A DNA stretch of 62,454 nucleotides, filler included, from Sphacelaria rigidula (Eukaryota): assembly GCA_964200075.2 (NCBI GenBank). It is 10 parts of 10 records of this genome, joined end to end, with 100 filler letters (N's around TTAATTAATTAA, not from the genome) between each part and the next. Parts side by side here need not be neighbours in the genome. Positions count along the whole stretch, not along the records: positions 18,769 to 24,924 come from CAXNAA020021891.1; positions 25,025 to 31,180 come from CAXNAA020021892.1; positions 31,281 to 37,435 come from CAXNAA020021893.1; 7 more parts are not named here. One strand, 5' to 3'. Made by a program: the position numbers and the translations under genes. Under the pieces are notes generated by a model. It did no database searches. It was not told the DNA's origin and saw only the letters and a program-made list of their open reading frames with translations. This document shows, in pieces, positions 24,511-35,983 of this stretch (position 1 is the stretch's first letter; each line of letters starts with the position of its first letter).

Positions 24511-25024
24511 GAAGGGAGGGCGGGGTGTACTCGTGATCTTGCATGCCATAGTCATCTGACTATTGTCCTTGTATCCCTGCAAAGCCGGGATCGAACGCGC
24601 CGGGTTTTCGCCGGACCAGGCTCGCAATCAATCATCAAGCGCTAAGCGCCGTGATTTACTCGGCGAGTCGCATGAAGGGTGAGCTGCGTCCTACTAAGAT
24701 TGTTTGGCCCGAAACGTATCAATTGTCTTGCATATGGATGACAGCCTCCAACCAGTTGCTATATTCTCTGGTATGGCCACTCTCAGAGACAAGCATGGGT
24801 CACGCATTGTCTCATGGGTGTCTCACCATAAAGGGGGTGGGGGGGGGGGGGGGCGTTCTCATTTGTTACTTGCCTTAGTCGTTCGACCATTGACCACTCA
24901 TCCCTTTCGAGACGGAGCACAAAANNNNNNNNNNNNNNNNNNNNNNNNNNNNNNNNNNNNNNNNNNNNTTAATTAATTAANNNNNNNNNNNNNNNNNNNN
25001 NNNNNNNNNNNNNNNNNNNNNNNN

Positions 25025-28000
25025 TTGAACATCATCTTCTGTCTACACTCCAAAGCAGCTTGTCTGCTTGCTTGGCTTAAGTGCCATTGCGCCAACTCTA
25101 GCGATCACGTCAAAGGGTTCATCGCGACACTTTTCTAACAGATACTTCATAGTTCAAACTGTCAGCAGCTAACTCCTCCCCAACCATCGGAGTGGGAGGC
25201 CACGTATTCTGCAGGTACCCACATGCCGAGAGAGAAGCTGTCTCGCGGTATTGTGTTGCTGCCTCTACGTCTATCCACCGCAGGGCACACGGGTGGCCAC
25301 TGGGGTGCCTTAACCTCAAATTTGGACGTCACAGACCTTGCACAAGGTCTGTAAGGTCCAAATTTGAGGTTACAGGCACCCCAGTGGCCACCCGTGCACA
25401 TGTTAGCCCAGACGTCCACAGGGCGTCGGGCCCCCTTGTAGTTGAGCATGTTTATTCCACTGTGGATCATGACCACAGGGAACCCTTGCTTTCCGTTGCT
25501 CTACGGGTTGGAGAAGGGCCCCCGGCAGTGACCCGGTCGGTACGTCAAGAGCTCACACCGTCACGAATACTCCCGCGAACTCCCCAACAGCGGCAGGTCA
25601 TGACGGTAGGTCTCAGGTAAAGGATGTGCCGCTACCGCCCTCTGCCCCCCCCCGTTGCCCCCTGAGCCGGCACCAACAAAGAGGTCAAGGCGGAACGTGT
25701 TGAGCCACAAGTCCACCCTACCTACTGTCGGTTCGTTGTCGCGTTCACGTGCGGGTCCGCCACTGGCGACCCCACACCACGACAGTTTCACGCGAGCAAC
25801 AGATGACTCGTCTCCTGTAGTTCCAAGTTTGGCCCCCCGACAACGTGTCTCCCAATAAATTCGTGGAGACCATGTCTATTTCCACTGCATATGTTGATGT
25901 TGATGACGTGAGTTCCGCTGGTGCAGCCACCGGAACCACGTCCGACGACGAAAACCCGTCGACCCCGTTGTCCACTGTTGGAGATGGTTCGGCAGACACA
26001 TTGCAGTGCAGGGCTGAAATTTCTGCCGACCCCGAACTTGGGACATCCACTACCAAGCTGGCAGAGCATGCCCCCCCATGCCGAGATCACAGCCGACCCC
26101 GCCTCAACCACAATGGTCACTACGAATAGTCGCACCCCCATAGCGGTTTACGAGATACCTAACCCTGACGCCCCAACATTGGAGAACACCCAAGACCAGA
26201 GCCCATATTCCCAGGCCCCACAAGACCACCCCAGAGTATATTTTAGTGCTAAGCTCAAGAGGTACAGCGAACACGTATCAATTCGTTGCCAAAAAGTGGC
26301 CCGGATCTTACGAGTGGCGTTGTCACCTTAGACGATGCGTCTTTTACAACTAGAGTTGGACGTAAATATAGTGGATCTTGTGCAAGCCATCAACTTGTGA
26401 CCCTGTTATTACCGGACTCGGGCTCCCCTCCGACCGTTCCCACCGCCAGTTGCTGGCAGGACATGCTCTGCACCGGTGCGGCCAATGACAAATGTCTGTC
26501 CCCTGTCCCCCCCACGCACCTTCGGTGGCATCGGGCAGGTTCTACTCTTGAGTACGACCCGGGCTGTGCGATTGAATGTTCAGCTCTTCAAGGACAGGCA
26601 CCCCATGGCGCGATCTTCTGTTTCGGCTTTGATTGTTCCACACAATGCATGGCATCCCGTGTTTTGTTAGGCAGAGGGTAGCTGGTTGCGTTTCCCGACA
26701 CATATGTTCGGACAGGAAGATGTATTTGAGAAGGTCGGACGCCAGCAATGTTTTGACGTCTCTGCATTGATCGAGTACCCGACCAGTTGTTGAGGTATGC
26801 TTCGGCCCCGCTTCTACGTACACCTCTTCTGATATATGTCCCCGCACCAGTACCACTTCCGTAACTGAGGCCGAGCAAAATGCTGATTGTAATGGACCCG
26901 TTTCAGCTGATACATTGGTTGTGACCGCGTCGGATGGCGACGCGGAAACCGACATTCCCAAAACATTGTTGGATTGTTAGCAGCCTGAGCAGCGAGCAAG
27001 TTTTGCGACTATGGAATGACGTTCCACCACCCCTCTGTCACATCACCTTCAATCTCGCCGGTGCTGGTTGGACTGCATCGGTCACCGACAAAACACAAGA
27101 TGTTCTGATCTTCTATCCCACGCGATTTTCCACCGCACCTCTGGATTTGGATCGATGCACGATGGCCCGGTTAAAAATCAACGTGCCATGAGGAATGCCC
27201 CCCATCGCCGCCCGCCCGCCTCGCACAAATCCGCTGTTGGCTGATCAAGTACAAGTAGTCATAATTAGCTACCTAGCGGCGGAGATCATTCGCGTACGCC
27301 TCCAAGACTCCAGGTTTGAGCATGAGTGGGCTGACACCGAAAACAAAACGTCCGGCTTGCGCATGAGTGGGCTGACACCTTCTGCCCCGGAAACGGCGCC
27401 CGGTGGCTTGCCCCCTCGATCCCTTTTCTTGATTTCTGGGAATGCCAACACCAATGCAAGAACCATATTAGGATAGGGCCTTTTCCGTGTGACGAGCTTC
27501 CGTACAAATATTGCCGCCGCACCGGAGCTCATCGCCCCCCCATTCGTTTTCATTGTACAAGTACGCGATCTTATTTCTAATAGAACGAGGGTAAACGAAG
27601 ATATATTTTTTAATTTTTCCCCCCCGCGAAGATAAGGCGCGAGAACAATTAGCCGACCCTACGTGCTGCGCAGCAATACTTCACCTGTTCCAAAATTGCC
27701 CACTTCCATTCCCCTCTGCGGATATCCTCGAACCCGTCGGACGGCGCCGGGCACTCATACGGGGTGAAGTTGTTGAGCTGGCTGCACAAGCAAACTGCAC
27801 ATGGATGATGACGGCATTGTACTTTTAATCCGCAAACCCACGCGGACACCTCAGTCAGACCGTCCTACCGGTAGATGTGTTGAACTACTCAGTCAAGCAC
27901 CTCTTTGCACGTACGTGCCGATGCTGCTGCGACCATGGGTCCTGCACGAGTGCATGTCCAACATTTCGACCGATATGGTAACCATTCGGACGATCAAGTT

Positions 28001-29720
28001 CTACCAGCGATTCTACTGGTGGGTAGGTATCGACCAAAGTGTCTGTTGGTGGGTACGTCGTTGTTTGATTTGTCAGGCGCGCAAGACGTCTTCCCAGACT
28101 TTTCGTTGACCAATCATGTCCATGTCGCTCCCCCATGGGCCCGGTGAAGTTATATCTTGGGAATATTTCGGACCGTCGCCGCTCATGGAGAGTAGCAACA
28201 AGTACATTGGGTTGATGACTGATCGATTCAGTTGTCACTCCGTCATGCATGCCGGACCCTCGGGAGTTATTGTCCGTCGATTGCAAAAACAAATCCAGCA
28301 AACTTTCTACTGCGGTCAGTACACCGTTGGGTTCCCATCGCATCTGTGTAAGTCCGTACCACCTCAACGAACGGTGGAACGGAACGTGTCAACCATACGA
28401 TGGCGCAAATGCTGTCAGTTGTCACAAACGAACGGCAAACAGATTGCGATCTGCATCTGCCCTTATTCGAAGTGAACTACAACAACTCGGTCCACACCGC
28501 CACCGACCTTGCACCAAATGAAATCCACATTGGTTGCATGCCGCGGCCGCCGTGGAAAATATTCGAGCACCGCAACGTGGGCGATCATCTGAGTCTGGAC
28601 CGGGATATCAGGGAGTATCATGACCCTTTGAGTCATCGTCTGCGGTTGGCATATTATTTGGTGCGCAAGCAAAGCCAAATCAATTTGGCAAAAGCGATCA
28701 GTGTCAATACCACGTTGGATGCGGTGGTGCATTAGCGCCCAGTGTGGAAGGTAGGTGCATGGGCGTGGGTGTACAACGATGTATAGACAATTCGCCGAGG
28801 AGCCAGCGCGAGTAAGGATTCGCCGGATGAGGTGTTGAAGGCCAAGCTGTCCCTCAATTGGACCGGGCCGTGGAAAGATTTGGGCTGTGGGCCAAGTACT
28901 ACAGCACCGGATGATCGACCCATCGGGGAAAACCTTTTGTACCTCAATTTCCCCACGGATGAGGCTGGGCCTCGGCAGAAAAGACGCGTGTCTGTCTGGC
29001 GCTGTAAACCTTGGACCGCCCCGCACGATACCACTGATATGCCCAAACAATTGCCGTTGGGACTCAGCCAGTATGTTTTGACGAGGAACGCCACCAAGTC
29101 ACCGCCTTTTCATGTCACGGCTGAAGACGTTCACGCCCCCGTGGAACGCGCGGTAGTCGATCATATCAGCGGACACCAACTGGTCCGCGGTCGTGGTGGT
29201 AAAATAGCAGTGATGTATCAGACGCACTGGAAATGATTGATGCGGGTCACGTGGGAACGGAAAGTCGACTTGCGGCTTTTCCGTAGACAAATTTTGTTGT
29301 ACTCGGTAGGCGATGTTGCACAACACCATGCGTTGAACCGAAGATACAGGTCTATGCCGAAGGGCGCAGCGGCTCGGGAGCTGGCCAGGGATCACTCGGC
29401 CCGGCTCGTCATGGCTGGCTATAGGCTTGTTTCGCGTGCGCAATACTTGCTTCCTTTTCGCAGGAAATATCGACCGAAGGGCGCGTACTTCTGGTACAAG
29501 GCGCAGGACTCACTCTGGTGGCTGGGCAAGATTCACGTACCAGCACCCGACTCCGACAATTCCTACTACATCCGCTTCCTCGATGACCCCGACCCCCTGA
29601 AGCTCATTTTAGACGATGCTTACTACACTGACGCGTCGTCCGCTCGCCGCGGGTCCTGATGTCTCCAGCGTCATGACGACGGCAACATTGATGATGCTAT
29701 TCTCCGGAATACGGACAATT
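25025..29720 (+). mobile_element. Degenerate, internally deleted Ty3/Gypsy retrotransposon (protease, RT start, integrase, chromodomain, PWWP-like domain)
   Basis: Protease-like DSG near 26415; RT start PPIAARPPRTNPLL near 27200; integrase QRFYWWVGIDQSV..WVRRCLICQARK and FGP.P...NKYI.LMTDRFS (27950-28240), WTGPWK near 28860; chromodomain VDHISGHQ..YQTHWK*L..TWERK. Many stops and frameshifts; RT core and RNase H missing. Confidence 0.88.
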
Positions 29721-29826
29721 CATGGAAGGAAGACGAGTCTTGATGCGTTCCGTCCTACTTCCCCCGTACTGCGTTGTCTAGCTGCTTCGACGCCATGGCC
29801 GCAACCCCCCTCCTCCTGTTTGTTGC

Positions 29827-29960
29827 TGTGTGTATGTGTGTGTATGTGTGTGTATGTGTGTATGTGCAGGTGGGGTGTGTGTACGCGCACATGTATGTGG
29901 GTGTATGTATGCGCATACGTGTGTATGCGTGTGCGTGTATGCTTATGTGTGTGTGTGTCT
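29827..29960. repeat. (GT)/(GTAT)-rich microsatellite
   Basis: TGTGTATGTGTG... degenerate dinucleotide tract. Confidence 0.9.
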
Positions 29961-30498
29961 GTTCGCGTTTCCATGTCGTTTTGGAGGCGTCGTATATTGC
30001 AGGTCGGTTTCATCTGGTTCTGGAACTGCGGTGCCCTTGTTTCAACACATTTGTGTCCCCAGACAAGGTGATCCGAGCGCATTGGCACAAGCGTTTTTTT
30101 TCTTTTTCCGTTCCGACGGTTGGCTCGACCAACTGTCCTAGCCCGCCGTAACCCACCTGAAACTGGTGACCGGGTGAATTACCTGAGGACGTGTGTATCC
30201 TCACCGTATGGAGTTGTGAGTTCCGAATATTCCGCAGCTTCACCCTTCTGTCCTCGTTTGGCTCCACTTTTCTGGAGAACTGAGGCCACGTTGCAGTCGT
30301 TCCCTCCACTGTCACCCATTCTGTGCTGAGGTACTCACTACAATTGCTCCTTGCTAGCTGTGAGGGTCTCAGCCACCTTCTTCTCTTGTCCATTGTTTTT
30401 TTTTGTTCCAGCGTCTCTTCGAACTTCCCAGAAGCCACCACCACAGGCGGTTCCAGTAGCCTGTTGGACCCGAGTCGACCCGTTCCTTCTTTCCAGCC

Positions 30499-30980
30499 CA
30501 ACATTTGCGAAAACGGATGGCCGATACTCCAAGGGCTTCCTCAGTAAATACACTGACGTAATCAGCCGCGTGTTCGACATTTGTGCCAACGGATGACCGA
30601 TACCCCAAGGGCTTCCTCAGCAAATTGTCATGTGTCGGTGTCCATCATACTTTTGTTTTCTCTCGTTTCTTCCACTTTTCTCGTTTTTGTTCCTGCGTCT
30701 CCATGACCTTCACTCCCTCGTGGATCGTTGGATCCGAGACACCCCGTCTCTTCTCCTCAACCGAACATTTGCGGAAACGGATGACCGTTTCTCCAAGGGC
30801 TTCCTCAGTGAGTGTTCCTTCATATAATCGGCTGTGTGTTCGACATTTGTGCCAACAGATGACCGATACCCCAAGGGCTTCCTCATCAAACTGTCACGTG
30901 TTTCTGGGTATGATAACTGTGGATTTTGTTTGTCGGCGTGTGCGAAAACGAATGACCAATCCCCCGGGCTTCCTCAGTAC
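30499..30980. repeat. Five copies of a 45-50-bp motif downstream of the Gypsy pol
   Basis: ACATTTG(C/T)G..AACGGATGACCGATACCCCAAGGGCTTCCTCAG at about 30500, 30577, 30765, 30842 and 30941. Confidence 0.85.
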
Positions 30981-31122
30981 GCGTCGCGCGGCGATTATCG
31001 CTGCACGATCCTGGAGCTTCAATCTGCCACTGCTGCCGCTCCTAGATCCTATACGGCGAGCTCTCTCGTTGGTCCTTCCACGAGTATGAGTTTTTGCATG
31101 CACCTCCTCAATGTTGAAAGTG

Positions 31123-31180
31123 GAGCAATGCTACGGTAGGGGTGCACTTTTTTCGCGAAATTTTGTCTGGTTCAGGGGCT
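31123..31180. mobile_element. GAG-ended (Sola-like) MITE terminus at contig end
   Basis: GAGCAATGCTACGGTAGGGGTGCACTTTTTTCGCGAAATTTTGTCTGG. The same terminus occurs in reverse at 37536-37605 and 43791-43863. Confidence 0.75.
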
Positions 31181-31281
31181 NNNNNNNNNNNNNNNNNNNN
31201 NNNNNNNNNNNNNNNNNNNNNNNNTTAATTAATTAANNNNNNNNNNNNNNNNNNNNNNNNNNNNNNNNNNNNNNNNNNNNA

Positions 31282-33174
31282 AGTAGGAAAAGGGAGTTCT
31301 GTGCCGAGCACGCCAGGCCGGGGATGGTCGATGTAATGAACAAGAAGTGTGGCCACAAGGACTGCTCGAAACAACCATCTTACGGTGTAGCCGGAAGTCG
31401 GAAAAGGGAGTTCTGTGCCGAGCACGCGAGGGTGGGGATGGTTGATGTAGTGAACAAGAAGTGTGGCCACGAGAACTGCTTGAAACAACCATTTTACGGT
31501 GTAGCGGGAAGCCGGAAAAGGGAGTTCTGTGCCGAGCACGCGAGGGTGGGAATGGTGAATGTAGTGAACAAGAAGTGCAGCAACGAGGGCTGCTTCAAAC
31601 AGCCATCTTACGGTGTACCGAGAAGTCGGAAGGCGGAGTTCTGTGCCGAACACGCCAGGGCGGGGACGGTCAATGTCGTGAGGAAGAAGTGCGGCAACGA
31701 GGGCTGCTCGACACTCCCGTCGTACGGTGTAGCGGGAACTCGGAAGGCGGAGTTCTGTGCCGACCACGCCAGGCCGGAGATGGTCGATGTAATGAACAAG
31801 AAGTGCGGCAACGACAGCTGCTCCAGACTCCCGTCGTACGGTGTAGCCGGAAGTCGGAAAAGGGAGTTCTGTGCCGAGCACGCGAGGGTGGGGATGGTTG
31901 ATGTAGCGAACAAGAAGTGTGGCCACGAGGACTGCTTGAAACAACCATTTTACGGTCTAGCGGGAAGCCGGAAAAGGGAGTTCTGTGCCGAGCACGCCAG
32001 GCTGGGGATGGTGAATGTAGTGAAGAAGAAGTGCAGCAACGAGGGCTGCTCCAAACAGCCATCTTACGGTGTATCGAGAAGTCGGGAGGCGGAGTTCTGT
32101 GCCGAACACGCCAGGGCGGGGATGGTCAATGTCGTGAGAAAGAAGTGCGGCAACGAGGGCTGCTCGACACTCCCGTCGTACGGTGTAGCGGGAACTCGTA
32201 AGGCGGAGTTCTGTGCCGACCACGCCAGGGCGGGGATGGCAATAGTCGTCAGCAAAACGTGTGGCAACGGGGGCTGCTCCAAGAACCCATCCTACGGTGT
32301 AGCGGGGAACCGGATGGCGCAAATCTCTGCTGATCGGGCCACAGAAGGGATGATCAATGTGGCGAGCAAGAAGCGCGCCAACGAGGGCTGCTCCAAAATT
32401 CCACCATACGGTGCAGCGGAAAGCCGGTTGGCGAAGTTCTGCCCCAAACACGCGAGGGTGGGTATGGTGAACGTAGCGAACGAAAAGTGCAGCAACGAGG
32501 GCTGCCCTGAACAATCATCGCACGGTGTAGAGGGAAATCGGGAGTCGGAGTTCTGTGCCGATCACGCGACGGCGGCGATGGTCAGTGCCGGGAGCAAGAA
32601 GTATGGCAACGACGGCTGCTCGGATCGGCGTGTGCACCACGTTGGTGACGTTGAACAGGGTAACGTATACCAGCAGGTCGTATCTCGAGCAACCAGACGA
32701 GTGCAGCATGGAGACATGTCGGATGAGAATTTCACCCAGGATGGACAACCCAACCTTTCCACTAGTCACGAGGGTGGTGCGGGTGATGACGGGTTCGGCT
32801 CTGTTTTGCTTGTAAGTTTAGATTTTGTTGGTACCGCGCAGCAGGGCGCTGAAGGAGGACCCCTGGGGACAAGGCCGCACGCGAGAGTGAAATCGGAAGA
32901 GTCTGCTCCCCTTCGGCGTCTCAGGCAGAGCCTGCGAAAGAGGGTTGGCGTAGCCACCTACTCTGATGAAGGTGGTGGCAGCAGGATTGGCAGTAATTCC
33001 AACGATAGTTGTGATGGAAGAACGAAGAAGCGAATCCGCAGGACGCCGTCGGTGGTTCATGAGCACCTTCGGCCGGACGATGTTTCTGTGGGTGCTTTTT
33101 CAGTGGTGTCCGAAGGGAAAGAAGGCTTGAAGATGGAGCTGGCAGTTTCGGCTCCGTTGCCCCCCCTTGCGTAA
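31282..33174 (+). CDS. EsV-1-7 cysteine-rich repeat protein (5'-truncated by the gap)
   Basis: Frame is open from the contig start. About 11 tandem 38-aa (114-bp) repeats V.V..KKC....C.K.P.YG..G.RK.EFCAEHA..GM (C-C-C-H), then a low-complexity tail with KKRIRR. No introns in 1.9 kb. Confidence 0.92.
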   Translation, partial: SRKREFCAEHARPGMVDVMNKKCGHKDCSKQPSYGVAGSRKREFCAEHARVGMVDVVNKKCGHENCLKQPFYGVAGSRKREFCAEHARVGMVNVVNKKCSNEGCFKQPSYGVPRSRKAEFCAEHARAGTVNVVRKKCGNEGCSTLPSYGVAGTRKAEFCADHARPEMVDVMNKKCGNDSCSRLPSYGVAGSRKREFCAEHARVGMVDVANKKCGHEDCLKQPFYGLAGSRKREFCAEHARLGMVNVVKKKCSNEGCSKQPSYGVSRSREAEFCAEHARAGMVNVVRKKCGNEGCSTLPSYGVAGTRKAEFCADHARAGMAIVVSKTCGNGGCSKNPSYGVAGNRMAQISADRATEGMINVASKKRANEGCSKIPPYGAAESRLAKFCPKHARVGMVNVANEKCSNEGCPEQSSHGVEGNRESEFCADHATAAMVSAGSKKYGNDGCSDRRVHHVGDVEQGNVYQQVVSRATRRVQHGDMSDENFTQDGQPNLSTSHEGGAGDDGFGSVLLVSLDFVGTAQQGAEGGPLGTRPHARVKSEESAPLRRLRQSLRKRVGVATYSDEGGGSRIGSNSNDSCDGRTKKRIRRTPSVVHEHLRPDDVSVGAFSVVSEGKEGLKMELAVSAPLPPLA

Positions 33175-35169
33175 GTGTTGTCAACACGAACGAGAGTTGG
33201 AGTAACTCTGACATGCTGGCTGCGCGCCGATTCGTAGCTCAGCGCCAGTTTTCCCGGAAGAGTTTGATGGTCCCGTTTCGTGCGTGTGGTCCCGACACGG
33301 TGGAGCTGTTCTTGTGTGACAATGGTGAATGCAAATGTATTCCTTGTGGAGAAAGCAGTTTGCGCTGGTGGGTTTTGTTGTGTTCGCGGGTATGCACGTT
33401 GTAATGCCTGTCATTCTGTTTAACACACGTACAGTGTACCGCAAAGCGTTCGTGCATCAGGTGCTGCTTTGCTGTGTGTACTGTGCAGGCACCCTGGCCT
33501 CTATTTTTGCTGGGGACAAATCCTGTATGGCCATGGAACAACCGGCTTGTCGAGGATGTCACATGTCGGTAGGAGAACGTATGGCGTGTGTACGTGCCAG
33601 CTCCCGAACTGCACGTGTGAGTCAAAGGATCAGACGGCTCAGAGTGTAGTCGTGATTTCGCGTATCAGAGGAACATGCATTTACTGTAGACGATCGGCGT
33701 GAGGGGCGAATAAAGACGGGAAGAAATGCAAAGGATTCGTCACCGAGTTGATAGCAGCTTGGACAGCACTTCCGCGGTTGGAACTGGGTATGCCATCCGT
33801 TCTATATCCCTCGTTGCTACTACCCCGCACCCCTCTCGCTGCTTCTGGCCCTTGTTGGGGCACAACAGAAGTCGGTCAATCTGCATTGATTTCAACGTTC
33901 GGCCTCTGATTGTATCGGTGCTGCAGACCGTGAGGAGGGCCTGGACAGGGTCGCACCTTTTTGCCTCTGGTGGTACCAGCCTGTAGAAGCCTGCACTTTT
34001 GTGGAAGAAAATCGAGTACGGCCTGCCAACCCCTGAATTGAGAAGCAATATTGCAGCTTCATGCTGTGGATAAGAAAACTGGATGAGTAACTGCAACATC
34101 CTCGAGCCGCAGGAAGGATATGCTGCGCGTTCATCAGTTTGATCATGAAGGCATGGATTGAATCCGTTTTAATGCGGTGACAAGGCACATTACTGGCGTC
34201 CTGTTCTCTGGTTTTTTGCTTTCACGTTGCCATGATTGAGCATGTCCAAGGCGTTCGCAGTGGTGATATCGGGTGGCCGATGTAAAATTCGGGCAAATCG
34301 GCTGTGTTGGACTCATTTGTATAAGTACGGATCTCGATTCTGTGGAGACCCCAACTTGTTCGAAATCGGGGGGATTCATGTGCGGAAGTCAGATCCATGG
34401 GGACCAGTTTATTGTCTGAAAGATCTGTGAAATAGTTCTGTACACGTGAGGTCATTTTCTGCATGATTTTAGTATCGCGTACTATTAGTAGTGGAGCTGA
34501 AGAGCAGGCAGGCGGTGAATAATCCCTCGAGTACAGTATGGTGTCCTACCATGGTACCCTAGGGTAGTACGTACAGTACAGAACACTCCCATCATTACAG
34601 TGCACGATGGCATAGTCGGTGTTGCGAGAACAGTGATTGGTGTGCGATAAGAGTTCAGTAGTATAAGTGCAGGCACACCAAGTGTACAGCATGATGCACG
34701 AGACACAACAACGCAACCCCCATCAAACCCCACCTTTGCATTGAATGAGAGTGTGTATTACTGGAAACGTAGTATTTTTTATGGGAACTCTGAACGTTTG
34801 GTACGGCACCTTTCGAACATGGATGAAACTAAATGAGATGAATTTGAAGATGCTCCCAACCTACGGGTATACGCACGCATGGAGCGTGTACCGTTCCTAC
34901 TATACATGATTGGTTGAAGTGCAGGCCGTTGCGTTCGTTGCTCCACCCCAAGGGGTAGGGTTTGGCGGAGGCCGAGCGTTTGCGTAATGGCTTTGAGTAA
35001 TGGTTGCCAATTTTACTTTGAAGAGGCACATGACGCTTGGCGACCCCATCACAAGAAAAAATATCAACTGCAATACATTTTCACTGCCTAGTCGGTAGTT
35101 CAAGAACTGTATGCTGGAGGGTTGGAGACGTACTTGGAGCGTTTTCGAATCAGACCCCCACTCACCAAT

Positions 35170-35422
35170 GAGCAATGCTACCTTAGGGGTGCAGTTTTTT
35201 CGCGAAATTATTTCTAGTATAGGGGCTCCTAACGATTCGAGATGCACAAAAGTGTGGGTCAGGGCACCCCCGTTTGCAAATTCATTCAGGATATCCCTTG
35301 CACATTGGAGTAGTAATCCTGCGTACTTCATATTTTCATAAGTCGTGTTTTGCATGAGATAAAGGGCTCCTAACAATTCTAACCTCAGAAAAAAATTGCG
35401 CACCCCTACCGTAGCATCACTC
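35170..35422. mobile_element. Complete GAG-ended MITE with 4-bp TSD (Sola-like)
   Basis: caat-GAGCAATGCTACCTTAGGGGTGCA ... GCACCCCTACCGTAGCATCACTC-caat; CAAT duplicated at 35166-35169 and 35423-35426. Confidence 0.8.
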
Positions 35423-35812
35423 CAATGCTGCTTCACAAGACAAAGTCCCTCACCCCCGTTTAGTCCACTACGAGCCCAAAAGGGTGAAACAACACCTCCA
35501 CAGTTGGGTTTGTTCAGTCAAATGTGAGAAGCCGGCAAATACGCCACCCTTAGAGGTGGCGTTTAGTCCAGGTCGAGTGTTTGCGTGAGGGTTGGAGGTT
35601 GTCGATGCCGCACGGGCGTCAAACACCAGGGGCGAGAAGATCGCCCTCGAAGTGGTCTAGGGGTAGGCCTGGAGAGTAAATGGGTCGGGCAGACACAGAC
35701 GGACAATCAGACAGACAGAAGGGTGCTTTATTATTTTCCGTCACAAAGACTGGAGTGCACCACTGAAAATATATGAGATCGAGTAACGACCACCATTTGC
35801 TTTCCAGTTTAG

Positions 35813-35983
35813 GAGTTTCTTGCCCACCACGCCGTGGGGGGGGAGGTAAATGTAGTGATCAAGAAGTGTGGCACCAAGAAGTGCTATGCAAAACGAGAAT
35901 CGAAAGGTGCAGCAGGAAACGTGAAGCCAGAATTCTGTGCCAGGCACACGCGCGTCGAAATGGCTTATCTCATGTACCCTTGA
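35813..35983 (+). pseudogene. Isolated degenerate EsV-1-7 repeat
   Basis: EFLAHHAVGGEVNVVIKKCGTKKCYAKRESKGAAGNVKPEFCARHTRVEM..*, preceded by tttag. Confidence 0.65.

Noticed and set aside
30499..30980. CRISPR-like repeat-spacer array
   Set aside because: Repeats are degenerate, spacers are irregular and partly homologous to each other, and no cas genes are present.
31225..32769. Repetitive antisense and alternative-frame ORFs
   Set aside because: Shadows of the EsV-1-7 repeat ORF.
33680..34450. Protein-like minus-strand fragments here and at 36900-37360
   Set aside because: They may be decayed non-LTR element ORFs, but no diagnostic motif could be identified without a search.
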